Assembly: GCA_025603075.1 (NCBI GenBank)
Contig: MU626273.1
Location: 129,479-193,478 of the forward strand
Reading direction: 5' to 3'
DNA from: Neoconidiobolus thromboides FSU 785
Taxonomy: Eukaryota > Fungi > Entomophthoromycota
DNA: 64,000 nucleotides
The translations under genes were made by a program, and so were the position numbers. Below the pieces are notes generated by a model. It made no database searches. It was not told the DNA's origin and saw only the letters and a program-made list of their open reading frames with translations. Shown piece by piece: positions 1-10,982 of the stretch. Position 1 is the first letter of the stretch, and every line of letters begins with the position of its first letter.

Positions 1-1984
1 TTGGATCTCTTGATAATTGAACTTGATCTCTTTTTCGGCTAAGTTTTGATTATACATAAGTAATATTAACATTTGTATTGTGTTCGTTATTATTTCATGT
101 TTCTTTGTTAAATATTTTAATTCAATTTCAGCATATCCCTAAAACTGATTAATATATTATTGAATAAACAAAACAAAGGTATTACCATATTAAATAACCA
201 AGTGATTTTTTTACTAAGGGTATCTCGACCATTTAAAAAATTAGTAAATTTTTCCATTCCAGGTTTTAATATTTCTGGTATTTTACAATCTGGAAATATT
301 GAAATTGGCCATAAAGAAGAAGTTAATAAAGTAGGTTGAACAATGGGATCTGTATTAGTTAAAAATTCATTATGAATAATAGCTGCTTTTTCTAAGTCTC
401 TCAACATGGATTTAATTTTCTTAGTAAAGAAAGCACCACATTCGGATTCCAATTTATTTGAAAATTGTAGTTCATAAGTCATATTATCGATATATTTAGG
501 ACTATTAATCGGCCTTGATACATGTAATAACCTCCTCGTTAATGATTCTCTATAATAAGTTTCAAATATATCTTTACTTTTTAAATATCGAAATAATTTT
601 AAACTATTGTCTTGTGTTAACTCCATATCTAATTCATCACTTGCACTTGGATGTTTTTTGTTAAATTGTTCATCTAAATAAATTGTCAAATATTCTGGTA
701 ATCTTTTAAATTTGGTAAATTCTTCAGAAAAGGAAGTGGCGGATGTTTCTTGAAATTGTTTGTCTGATTTTAATCCTTGTAAATGAATTTGATCCCATTT
801 ATTCTTTAATTGTATTAACATCGTAATTAAACTATTAGCTGCTTGAACTTTATTTTTGCTATCACTAATAGAATCCTGAATCATATTACATTGATAATTT
901 ATAAATCTTTTAATGCCTTTTTTTAAGCCATCAAAATAATGACTTTCTTTACAAAGGTCAATAAAGTTATATAGTAATTTGATTTCATTGTATTTATCAT
1001 TATTTAACATATACAATATTCCGCTTTCTTGATCTTCACAAATTTCTTCTAATTTTGGTAAAAAAGCGCTATCAAGTAAGATCTTAGATACTTTTCCAAA
1101 TGGTATCATTGTCATCTGTTCACAATTTCTTTCATGTTCTTCTTTCATATATTTTTTAATCTAAAACAAATATTAAATATTGAATATTATAAATAAATGA
1201 AAACTATTACATCTAATAAGATTGCCGATTTATCTTTAAATTGCCTATTTTCAAATAATTGAGTGTAATGTTTTTTAGTTTCATCAAGAAATGGGGTTTC
1301 CAAAATTGTTTTAAAATGAAGTTGATTAATCATATTAAACATATTAAACGAATTTCTAATTAAACTTTGATCAACTCTATTTCCATTTCTTTCCAATTCA
1401 ATTTGTTCTAATACAGCATAAGAAAAATACTTTTTAACTAAACCATCACCAGCAGATAATATTTTGGTATAAAATAATTCCAAGCAAGATTCATAAATAG
1501 TATTATTTTTAGTTTGTAGTTTAATTAAATACTGATCCAAAACCTTTAAAATAACAGAAATGGGTGGCAATGCAGCTAAATGAATTCCCCATATCTTTAT
1601 TAATTTTGTCAAAAATTCTTTACCAATATCTGGACTTGATTCTAAATTAAATTTAGGGTCTTTTAATTGATGTTTAAAAGCTTGAATCACATTAGAATCA
1701 ATCAATGGCATTAACTCCTCTCCTGCAACTTCCGCTAAACAATTAGTCACTTGTGATTTAACATTATCAAACAATTTTTCACTTAAATTAGTTCTTACTA
1801 AATAATAAGCGTTCCTGTAACATTCTTCAAAACTTAATTGACTTTTACGTTGCTGGTAAATATCTTTTATAGCTTGTCGTATAACTTCAATTGATTTTTG
1901 GTTGTCCTTTTCATTCCTTTTAGAGTGCGAGAAGCCTCGGATTTTCTTCTTAGTATGCTCTTTTTTGGGATCTGGTGTTTTCAT
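1..1984 (-). CDS. CUL3: Cullin-3-like scaffold, 3' end runs off the window; exons approx 1984-1211, 1160-186, 138-<1
   Basis: N-terminal SFEECYRNAY motif (Cul3-type SFEELYRNAY); cullin-homology segments LPEYLTIYLD, KDIFETYYRESLTRRLL, LLTSSLWP; GT-AG introns 1210-1161 and 185-139 restore the frame (LD|IKKYMKEE; NM|GYAEIELK). Confidence 0.9.
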
Positions 1985-2344
1985 TTATAATAAACTAAAA
2001 GCTTGTTTTGAATTTTTCTGAATTTTTTTAGCTATAGTAGTTAAAGTTGCATTTATTCTTACTCTATCATGCATGTTTATTGGTTACAATCTAATTAGGT
2101 AAGTGAGTAAAGTTATTTACTACGTTTGAAGCTACTGAAGGGATATAAATAGAAATACAAAGCAATAAAAATATCTCATTAAGCTATACTATTTAACTAA
2201 ATTTTAATATTGTGATTGACAATTAGTAAGTAGTTTTCAAATAAAATTTAATACAGGTTTGGATAAAACTTGTCAAGCCAATCAATTTTATCCAAACACA
2301 AGTAAAACTTATAAATTTAATGTCAAGTTGAAATCCATTTTCAA

Positions 2345-2727
2345 ATGTTTTTATTTATAGGTAACTTCATCTCAGTAATATAACCAACAAAGTAGCTAAC
2401 TAATCACCAGGAGGACTAAAATCGGCTTTGCGAAAAGTGAGTCCGAGGGTATATGAGTGTCCCAGTTGTTTAACGAAGAAGGCTTATATTGTAAGAGAAG
2501 ATACCACTTTTTATTTCTTTTTTCTGCCCATTTATTCATGGTCTTCAGGCAATAAACCTTACTATAAATGTTTTAATGATCTTTGTGATTGGAGTAATTA
2601 TGAGCTTAGGTTAAACGAAGATCAGTTGGAACAGAGGAGAAAGCTATATTGTAAAATGTGTCGGTACAGATTCGATAATGAAGAGTACAGGTTTTGTCCT
2701 TTGTGTGGTGAGCAGAGAACATCCTAA
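2345..2727 (+). CDS. Small double zinc-ribbon protein (zinc-ribbon_15-like); join(2345..2360,2411..2727)
   Basis: ATG-MFLFIG, intron GTAACT...CTAAT..CAG (2361-2410), then GLKSALRKV; CPSC...C..C and CKMC...CPLC Cys pairs. Confidence 0.75.
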
Positions 2728-2873
2728 TTAAGATTGACTTATTCTATTTTTTTGATAATAAAAAACAACTCCAAATATAAAGCATATATAAGGTTTTAAA
2801 CTTTTATTAGATATTAAAAATTGAATTAATTTTTATAAAATTTACAAAATAAAGAATATAGTATTGTAATTAA

Positions 2874-4007
2874 CTAAAATTTAAAGTTTAAGAGTTGCGA
2901 TTTACCCTTTAAAAGATTAGGAAATTTGACTAACAAAATAATTAACGCCACAATAGCTAAAAGAAAATAAATCACCAAAGTCACTTGAAATATAATCCTC
3001 CAACGTAAGTGAATTGGAGTAGGTAAAAGATCCTTACGAGATCTAGCTAATTTGTATTGAGTTACACCAAGGCCGATAATTAAAAATGGGAATAATATTA
3101 AACCAGCTAAAAACATCATCACATATAAAAATTCCGTACAGCAAGTACTTCTTTTTTTAGCTGGTTTTTGAAAGCTATGAACAGACTCATTTTGATATAA
3201 AGATAGATCTAAATGGGATTGAAACAACAATGGTGTTTCAAAAGCTTTCATTGCTGAGCGTGGAGTAGTACCACGAGAATATAAAGTATCTTCAGTGCTT
3301 TGAGTGGAAGTACTTTTACCAGATTCGCTTTTAGCCGATGAAATAGGACTAATATTTTGTATTTTAGAGCTATAAGTCTCATGAATATTACTCACACTAT
3401 CGGCAATAGGACGAGCGTTTTTGTGGGTGGGGGGTACTCTTAATTTTGGTACCATGAGGATTGCTTTTGGTTTAGGTATATTCTTTTTTCGGCTAATGGA
3501 CCGGTTTAAGATACTTTTTCTTCTTAGAGAATTGTTCCGTGAGCCACTTCGATTGTTTTTAACTGATATTGCATATGTACTCTTTTCTTTATTTGGTGGC
3601 ATCCTTTTAGATTGATAGATATTAGAACTTGTATTCAATAGTTGCTGATGCTGACCTCTACTCATTGGAGGTTGATAAAATTGAGTTTTACTTACTAATG
3701 GTAAATAAGTATGTGCCATATTATTATGATACATTGGTTTCAATCTGGGATTCATTCTTGCTTGTAGAGGCGGGGGATAATAATTATTCGCCATAGGTTT
3801 ATTTGGTAACTCTAAAGTAGAATAAGAAGGATAAAACCTTCGAGGCTGAGGATGTGAAGCAGGCTTAAGATTGTTCTTTAATAAACGAGAATTGCTTTTA
3901 TTTCTAAGTGTTAATTGACTGATAGGTATCTCATCTTCTTCTTCTTCAACATCTTCATATATTGTTTTGGAACTTTTAACAGGTCGAATGTTATAGCGGC
4001 TTGGCAT
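2874..4007 (-). CDS. Hypothetical 377-aa protein: long basic/Ser-Pro-rich disordered region plus two C-terminal transmembrane helices
   Basis: Uninterrupted 1.1-kb ORF in AT-rich DNA; hydrophobic segments FLYVMMFLAGLILFPFLIIGLGV and IIFQVTLVIYFLLAIVALIILLV. Confidence 0.75.
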   Translation of the reverse strand: MPSRYNIRPVKSSKTIYEDVEEEEDEIPISQLTLRNKSNSRLLKNNLKPASHPQPRRFYPSYSTLELPNKPMANNYYPPPLQARMNPRLKPMYHNNMAHTYLPLVSKTQFYQPPMSRGQHQQLLNTSSNIYQSKRMPPNKEKSTYAISVKNNRSGSRNNSLRRKSILNRSISRKKNIPKPKAILMVPKLRVPPTHKNARPIADSVSNIHETYSSKIQNISPISSAKSESGKSTSTQSTEDTLYSRGTTPRSAMKAFETPLLFQSHLDLSLYQNESVHSFQKPAKKRSTCCTEFLYVMMFLAGLILFPFLIIGLGVTQYKLARSRKDLLPTPIHLRWRIIFQVTLVIYFLLAIVALIILLVKFPNLLKGKSQLLNFKF

Positions 4008-4469
4008 TGTTTTTTAATAAATTACTTAAAAGAATAGAATGTAGAATTAATATTTACAATTGAAAGATTAAAGCTCAACTTAGGGATCTAACTAGAGATA
4101 AAAATTACTATATTAAACTTAATTATGTATTTTATTAGTCTACTTTCACTTCTATCTTTCAAGGTTTAGTGAAAATGATTGTAAATGAAACGTTTGATAA
4201 AATTTAGATTTTTAGTGTCGTAAAGCCAATTCAAGTAAATTGCATGTTTTAGATTTTACTGGTATTTCTAATAAAATCTTTTATGTTTTACTAGCGTTTA
4301 TAGCCAAAACTATTATAAAAATTATTTTAAACAATTTACTTATTAGTAGTAACATAAAAGTATAAGTATATATTTCATAAAAAATTACAACTTTATAAAC
4401 TTACCATACAAATAATAGGCTAAGGTCGAAAAATATATATTAAAATGCTTCCGGATTAAATAAGAAAAT

Positions 4470-4475
4470 GCGGCT

Positions 4476-4519
<44 letters not shown>

Positions 4520-4542
4520 GCGTTCAATCCGCGGTGGGCGCA
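4470..4542 (+). tRNA. tRNA-Phe: tRNA-Phe (GAA), intronless
   Basis: 73-nt cloverleaf: D arm GCTCAGTTGGGAGAGC, anticodon arm TCAGA-CTGAAGA-TCTGA, T arm CCGCG-TTCAATC-CGCGG; one G:G mismatch in the acceptor stem. Confidence 0.93.
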
Positions 4543-5158
4543 TGAACCATAAAGTTTTGGTATTCGATTTTTAGAAGTCACTTAATATTTTATGCAGCAT
4601 TATATAACTGTTCGAGCAAGCCTCTTGTGGTATCTGTTATGAATTAAAAGCCTACTTTTTATTTTTGCTTAATATCAGAATTCAATAGTAGTTCTAAAAA
4701 AAGATCGGGGATTTGAGAATAAGATCATAAAAAAGGTTATTTAAACAAGAACTTTGATATATTGTTTATTAATGACTTTATTTTATTAAAGATTCCCAAT
4801 AAAATTCTTTAACTTCTGATATAAAAATAAGATCAAAAACATCCAAATGATAGAAAATGGCAGTATGATTTAAACTCATTTATTTTGTTCTATAAATTTG
4901 ATTTGAAATTAACTTATAAGGTAAATAAAAAAAATGGCAAGGATGTATAAAATTTGATAAAAATTGGAGTTGATTTTTTATCTTTTTAAAAAAATGCCAA
5001 TCAAATGAAGTTATTACGCATTCGATTGGATAGACACTTCAATGTTGGGCAGAAAATTTTAATTCCTATAATAAATATAATTAATAAATTAAAAATAATA
5101 TAATTAATCGATAAAATGAATCACAATTATGGTTAATGGAACATGTAATACAGAGAAT

Positions 5159-5172
5159 GAGTATATATACTC
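5159..5172 (+). promoter_or_regulatory. TATA-like box within perfect palindrome GAGTATATATACTC, ~65 bp upstream of the 5237 ATG
   Basis: Similar GTATATA(A) cores lie ~60 bp upstream of the paralogs (12618-12624 and 13900-13907, minus strand); chance matches are common in AT-rich DNA. Confidence 0.4.
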
Positions 5173-5236
5173 TAAAAAAGTCACAATATTTATAGCAAAA
5201 AATTCAATTTATTTTTGACAAATAAAACTACTCATT

Positions 5237-5710
5237 ATGAAATTTGCCATTGCATTACCCATTGCCTTACTTTTCCTTGGTTCAATTCAAGCTGAAGAAC
5301 AAACCAACAGCATCAGAGGCATCAAAGAATCTTTTAAAAACTTTGGAAAAAAAGTGATTGGTGCTGTAGGTAAAGAAACCGCCACTTACGTTTCTGAAAA
5401 AGCACACCAATTCCTTGGTGGAGCTGGCAATGCTAATCAAACTCCTCCTCCAGTAGTTGCTAGATCTCAAGAACTCGATACCCGTGGTAAGAAGAATAAG
5501 AAGAAGAAGAATAAGAAGAATAAGAAGAAGAATAAGAAAAACAAGAACAAGGGTGTTAACCCAATTCCTGAAACTGTTCAACCTGAAACTACAGCTCCTG
5601 AAACTGTCCAACCTGAAACTTCAGTCACTGAAGCTACCCCTGGAGCTGTTACTGCTGCCGTAAAACGTGGGCTTTCATTAGCTTTGTCACAAATTAATGA
5701 TATGATTTGA
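5237..5710 (+). CDS. Secreted 157-aa candidate multi-peptide precursor (P1)
   Basis: Signal peptide MKFAIALPIALLFLGSIQA; basic sites SIR|G, VAR|S, DTR|G, VKR|G; amphipathic helix, K/N tract, PETVQPET repeats. Confidence 0.85.
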   Translation: MKFAIALPIALLFLGSIQAEEQTNSIRGIKESFKNFGKKVIGAVGKETATYVSEKAHQFLGGAGNANQTPPPVVARSQELDTRGKKNKKKKNKKNKKKNKKNKNKGVNPIPETVQPETTAPETVQPETSVTEATPGAVTAAVKRGLSLALSQINDMI

Positions 5711-6094
5711 ACATTCAATAAATTACTAACTTAATCTTTTAATCAGTTTGTAAATTTTTGTTTTTTATTTTTTACAAAAAATGTGACATAAGCTAGCAAG
5801 TGTTTATATTAATTTAATGTTTTAGTCAATTTTTATCAAATTTTTTATCTAGTTTCAAAAGTCAAATAAAAATACTCTAAGCTTAAATTGCTAAAAAAAA
5901 TTAAGACTGAGAGCCAAATACACCTCTAATACTATTGTAGTATTAGGATATACAACAATGCATTTACTCTTGTTATACTCCGAATTATATACACATAAAA
6001 AAACTTGTCAAAAAACATTGCCTAGTATTTCGAGTTATGTCCATTATCAATATTTCTAAACTTTTAAAGTAAATGTGTAAGCAAAAATTATTAT

Positions 6095-7711
6095 TTATTT
6101 CTTAATCATTTCTAGATCCTCTTTGGCTTCAATCATGGCTTCTTCTTCTTCTTTTGAAACATACCAAAACTTTGCCATTAAAACAAAAATTATAAAGAAA
6201 AAGGTAGAAAGTGCGATATAAATCCACATTTTAGTGGAAGCAGAGTAATCCTTTAAGCCAAGTTCTAATCCGAGAACAACATAATTACCAATGGCTGAAG
6301 TAACTAAAAAGATCGAAGAAGAAGAGGATTTCATTTGTTTCCCAACTTGAGTATAAGCAAATTGAAGGCCAATTGGGGATGTCATAGCTTCACCTAAAGA
6401 TAAAAGAATATATTGAGGGAGTTGAATAGTGCCATTAATACACTGGTCACATGAAATAACCTTATTCCCTTCTTTAATCAGAGACCCAGCATTTGCTTCA
6501 ACGTAGTACTGAAGAGAGGTAGATAATATATAAGTAAGAATCATAATGAACCAACCCCAAACCATACGAGTTAAAAGAGGCATTTTTATACCCCTTCTCT
6601 CTAAGAATGGGTAAACGACATAGGACATTAATGGTACAAAAATAATAATTAAAATCGAATTAACATTTGAAGAAGCTTCGGCAGGCAATGGAATAAACCA
6701 CAAAAAGTTCTGATTCATCATATCATAATTATTTTGCCATTCAGTGGAGTTTTGGTCATATAGTAACCAAAAGAAAGATAATGGTAGCAACATGAGTGCT
6801 ACTTTCAAAAATAATCTGGTTTCTTCAACCATTTCTTTACCATATAAATCATCTGCAAACTGAAGCCAATGGGTTTTACTTGCTTTTTCTTCCTTACTTG
6901 CTTTGAAGTTACGGTACCCTGCAACTACCGCTGTTTTAAAGGCTATCCATGGCATAAATCTACCTGTTGCTGGAACGATACGATAGTAACGATGACCAAA
7001 TACAAACAAACCTAAAGCAATTGCAAAAGCAATAGTTGGGATAAAAAAAGCAATAAAATAGCAATTAGAACCAAAGCAGTAGGTATAGTCTTTGATATAG
7101 GGAGTGAGATATTGTGCAACTAAAGCACCAACATTAATACAGACATAAAAAAGGCTAAAAAATTTATCTAGTAAACGAGTCTGTGATGGCAAAAACTGAT
7201 CACCACCATGAGACGATACACATGGCTTAATACCACCTGCACCAAGTGCGATAAGTAAAGCAGGAAAAAGATAAGTCCAAAACGGATAGCTTCCATAACT
7301 AGCAACCAAATTATTGATAGAAAATACAGCTAATAGAGTATTTCCAACCAAATAGATAAAAGACATATAAACAATAGTATGGTATTTTCCTAAGAAAGAA
7401 TCAGATATAGCAGCGCCAACAAATGGAAAGATATAAACTAATGCATTAAATAAAGAAGCTTGTGCTTTGGCATAATATTCTGGATAGCCATAAGCCGTTT
7501 GTAAATACTTATTGAGTAAATTCTTGATACCAAAATAGCAAAAACGTTCACACAGCTCATTTGGTACAATAAAATAAACTGCCTTTGGCATTTTATCATG
7601 GTTAGCTGCTAACTTGGCATCTAACTCAGCATTGATAATCCGCTCTTTTTCTAATAGCTCCCTTTCTCTGTCATCTAGTTCAGTGCCAAAGGCTTCAACG
7701 TTCTTAGACAT
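6095..7711 (-). CDS. PTR2: POT/PTR family di/tripeptide:H+ symporter
   Basis: ELCERFCYFG (ExxERFxYYG), GAAISDSFLGKY, GAGGIKPCVSSHGGDQF (PTR2 signature); about 12 TM helices; 538 aa. Confidence 0.95.
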   Translation of the reverse strand: MSKNVEAFGTELDDRERELLEKERIINAELDAKLAANHDKMPKAVYFIVPNELCERFCYFGIKNLLNKYLQTAYGYPEYYAKAQASLFNALVYIFPFVGAAISDSFLGKYHTIVYMSFIYLVGNTLLAVFSINNLVASYGSYPFWTYLFPALLIALGAGGIKPCVSSHGGDQFLPSQTRLLDKFFSLFYVCINVGALVAQYLTPYIKDYTYCFGSNCYFIAFFIPTIAFAIALGLFVFGHRYYRIVPATGRFMPWIAFKTAVVAGYRNFKASKEEKASKTHWLQFADDLYGKEMVEETRLFLKVALMLLPLSFFWLLYDQNSTEWQNNYDMMNQNFLWFIPLPAEASSNVNSILIIIFVPLMSYVVYPFLERRGIKMPLLTRMVWGWFIMILTYILSTSLQYYVEANAGSLIKEGNKVISCDQCINGTIQLPQYILLSLGEAMTSPIGLQFAYTQVGKQMKSSSSSIFLVTSAIGNYVVLGLELGLKDYSASTKMWIYIALSTFFFIIFVLMAKFWYVSKEEEEAMIEAKEDLEMIKK

Positions 7712-8832
7712 CTTTAATATGATAGTTTTATATTTTCTATTCTATCAATTTTACTATTGTTTATATATTGTTTTCATTCTATAATAAATTGTACTTATCC
7801 TAGGATATAGTTTTATCGGAGGAATGGTTTTTCACTATTTCTATTTTCTATCATTTTTCTTTTGGAATATTAAAATTGATGTTAAAATGCTAATAATATT
7901 GCCTTTTTAGGCCAAATTGTTGATAAAGAATCAAATTAAACTTTTTAATGATTTAGCAGGTATCTTTAGTATAAAGTGTCTTTAATATTTGTTTTTTTAC
8001 ATTATTTAATATATTAAACCATGAATCTGGTTTTTGTATATTTTTTACATAAAGTTTATAATAATGTATATAGTTAAAGTTGTTGTTATAATTAAAAATA
8101 ATATGCTTAAAAATAAAAGGGTTCATTATTCATAAATATTAAAGAGAATACATTAAATTAATAAAACTATCTTATGATAACAAAATAGATTATATAAAAC
8201 AAAACCTTAGGTTAGAATAGGATAAACAATTTTAATTTATAATAACATCTTATGACAATAAAATTCACTAAATAATGCAAATGTTATCTATATTTTATAA
8301 TCATTTGTGCTTGTATATATTTTCTATGGTAGATTCTGGTTTCAATTTATCTAAGGTTAATGAAGTGTGATCCTTTTTTTTATTAACAACATAAAATTTC
8401 ACAACATTATTATTTGTGATAATTCATCTATTGGATGATAATGATAAAGTAAATTAAAGCATAGAAGTCTCATATCAACTATGAAAATAAAGCTTAAAGC
8501 TTTATATTTACTATGAACCTTTTCAATTCAATTTTAATCATAAGTTTATCTACAAAGTAATAAATTCTACCAGATAGCATATTTTGTGAAATAACCTATA
8601 AGTAAAGGATCCTAAATTTTCTTTGACAATGACTTCAAACAAGAAGGAGATGGTTCAAGTTTTTTTCTCTCGGTTTTGTCAAATGACTAGAATTTCAATT
8701 TACTATTTATACCTAGTTCTCTGTCATATCATTTTAATAGTAAAAGCAGTTCCAGCTCAAATAATAATATCCTCAGTTAACTTCAACGCTTCATAATCTC
8801 AAACTATATCCTCTTTTCTTAATATAACATAT

Positions 8833-8925
8833 GGGAATGTATTTTTGTGTTTGAATTTTACTAACTTTTCCATTCAAATAGCGCTTAAAAGATGGAAAAA
8901 GTAATGAAGCCAAAAAAACACCCCC
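8833..8925 (-). mobile_element. MITE family 1, copy a
   Basis: GGGAATGT...ACACCCCC ends, internal CAAATAGCGCTTAA, flanks ATAT/ATAT. Confidence 0.85.
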
Positions 8926-9160
8926 ATATGTCACTGTTGAGTTTTTAAAATTCAAGTCAGTTAGAAGATGTGATGTTGCTATATTCTATATTAATCTTAC
9001 AGCTCCATAATTTGGAGCATTTAAAATTATTAGTATATATTTAATAAAAGTTAAATCAAAATGAATAATAGTAAACTTAAGCAGAGCATAGTTATTTATT
9101 TGAGATAGAATGGAAGGAAAAACATGAAGATGAGTGATTTTAAAAGGTGAGTTTTAAAAC

Positions 9161-10480
9161 TTAGTAACGTCCATATTTATCATATCCACCATGATGTTTA
9201 CCATAATGATCATCATCATGATGTCCATATCCTTTGTGATGTTTACCATAATGATCATCATCATGATTTCCGTAGCCCTTGTGGTGTTTACCATAATGAT
9301 CATCATCATCATAACCTCCATAACCTTTGTGATGTTTACCATAGTGGTCATCATCGCCATAATGCTTCTTACCATAACTATCGTCATGTCCATAGCCCCT
9401 TCTGTAGACTTTATAAGATCCTTGATGATAGTTCTTTACACCGTAATGATCATCATCTCCATAACCTTTATTGTGTTTACCGTAGTGGTCATCATCACCA
9501 TAGCCTTTATGGTGTTTACCATAATGATCATCATCTCCATAACCCTTATGATGTTTGCCGTAATGATCATCATCACCATAACCTTTATGGTGTTTGCCAT
9601 AATGATCATCATTTCCGTAGCGCCTTGCACCATAATAATCATCATCTCCATAGCCTTTGTGGTGTTTACCATAGTGATCATCATCTCCATAACCTTTATG
9701 GTGTTTACCGTAGTGGTCATCATCTCCATAGCCTTTATGGTGTTTACCATAGTGGTCATCATCGCCATAGCCTTTATGGTGTTTACCATAATGATCGTCA
9801 TCTCCATAACCCTTATGATGTTTGCCGTAGTGGTCATCGTCACCATAACCTTTATGATGTTTACCGTAGTGGTCATCATCACCATAACCTTTATGGTGTT
9901 TACCATAATGATCATCATCTCCATAACCCTTATGATGTTTGCCGTAATGATCATCATCACCATAGTGTTTTGCGCCATAGTAATCATCATCGTGATGTCC
10001 ATATCCATTGTGGTGCTTACCATAATGATCGTCATTTCCATAACCTTTATGGTGTTTGCCATAATGATCATCTCCATCGTAACCCCCGTATCCTTTGTGA
10101 TGTTTACCGTATCCCTTATGCTTGCCATAATGATCATCTCCATAATGACTTGCACCGTAGTAATCATCATCATCATAGTCTCCGTAGCCCTTATTATGTT
10201 TTCCGTATCCCTTATGTTTTCCGTAATGATCGTCATCATTATCATCACCATAATCGTCTTTCTTTTCTTCTTTCTTTTCTTCCTTTTTTTCTTCGGGTGC
10301 AGGCAAAGATTTCTCTTCAGGAGCAGCAGCTTGCTGTGGTTGAGCTTGGGCTTCAGGCTTGGCATTCTGCATCAATGCTTTAAGTGGCAAAACCGAGTTT
10401 AATGAATTAGTGTTGAGTCCATCAGCTAAGATAGTTGACATGACTAAACTAATGAATAAGGTGCTTTTAAATTGAACCAT
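9161..10480 (-). CDS. Secreted His/Asp/Tyr/Gly/Lys-rich tandem-repeat protein (439 aa; unit GDDDHYGKHHKGY)
   Basis: Signal peptide MVQFKSTLFISLVMSTILA, EK-rich linker, then about 20 perfect or variant 13-aa units (39-bp period). Confidence 0.9.
   Translation of the reverse strand: MVQFKSTLFISLVMSTILADGLNTNSLNSVLPLKALMQNAKPEAQAQPQQAAAPEEKSLPAPEEKKEEKKEEKKDDYGDDNDDDHYGKHKGYGKHNKGYGDYDDDDYYGASHYGDDHYGKHKGYGKHHKGYGGYDGDDHYGKHHKGYGNDDHYGKHHNGYGHHDDDYYGAKHYGDDDHYGKHHKGYGDDDHYGKHHKGYGDDDHYGKHHKGYGDDDHYGKHHKGYGDDDHYGKHHKGYGDDDHYGKHHKGYGDDDHYGKHHKGYGDDDHYGKHHKGYGDDDYYGARRYGNDDHYGKHHKGYGDDDHYGKHHKGYGDDDHYGKHHKGYGDDDHYGKHNKGYGDDDHYGVKNYHQGSYKVYRRGYGHDDSYGKKHYGDDDHYGKHHKGYGGYDDDDHYGKHHKGYGNHDDDHYGKHHKGYGHHDDDHYGKHHGGYDKYGRY
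9190..10250. repeat. 39-bp coding tandem repeat array with synonymous variation between units
   Basis: Units such as ccataatgatcatcatctccataacccttatgatgtttg recur with third-position differences. Confidence 0.95.
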
Positions 10481-10982
10481 TTCTAATAATCTAATGAGTT
10501 TAAGTTGATGTAGTAATTGATATGCTGTATGTGTAAATAACTATGCTGTAATGCTAATATAATATTTCTATTATAATTTGTTTTAATTTATTGTATCAAT
10601 ATCCCTTCCTTTATATATTCATCTAAAATTCTGTTAACTAACTTATCCCACTTTTCACACTTTTACTCCCAGTTTTTTACATTAATTTCCCCTCACTGGT
10701 TTTTTTTACCAACTAATTTTATTAGGTATCACCCCAAATTAATAGCCAGTTTTCAACTGCTGTGTTGGTTTCCACACATTTAAACGAAACTAAAACACGG
10801 ATTTTATTTTATCCCGATCTTGTTGTAAGCTGCTTAAAATTAGTTTTGTGTTTTTTAACCGTTAACTGTCGTTAATGTTGTGTAAACTTGGATTAGTAAT
10901 CTATTTGTTAAATTTATATTAGATTTATTAACTAAAATAAGTAAAATAGTCCAATGTATTAATAAATAAACTTCACTATAAT

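Noticed and set aside
5282-5663. Overlapping ORFs 5282..5611(-) and 5457..5663(+), including an Arg-rich RRIRRRR frame
   Set aside because: Shadows of the AAG/AAT tract in P1; no signal peptide or independent support.
6095-7711. PTR2 as a functional member of the peptide cluster
   Set aside because: Ordinary di/tripeptide transporter; adjacency alone is not evidence.
9190-10250. CRISPR-like periodicity
   Set aside because: Contiguous coding tandem repeat with no unique spacers, in a eukaryotic genome with no cas genes.
9154-10402. Long alternative-frame and antisense ORFs (9191+, 9436-, 9625+, 9154-) over the repeat gene
   Set aside because: By-products of a stop-poor 39-bp repeat. Only the 9161..10480 frame has a signal peptide and invariant units under synonymous change.
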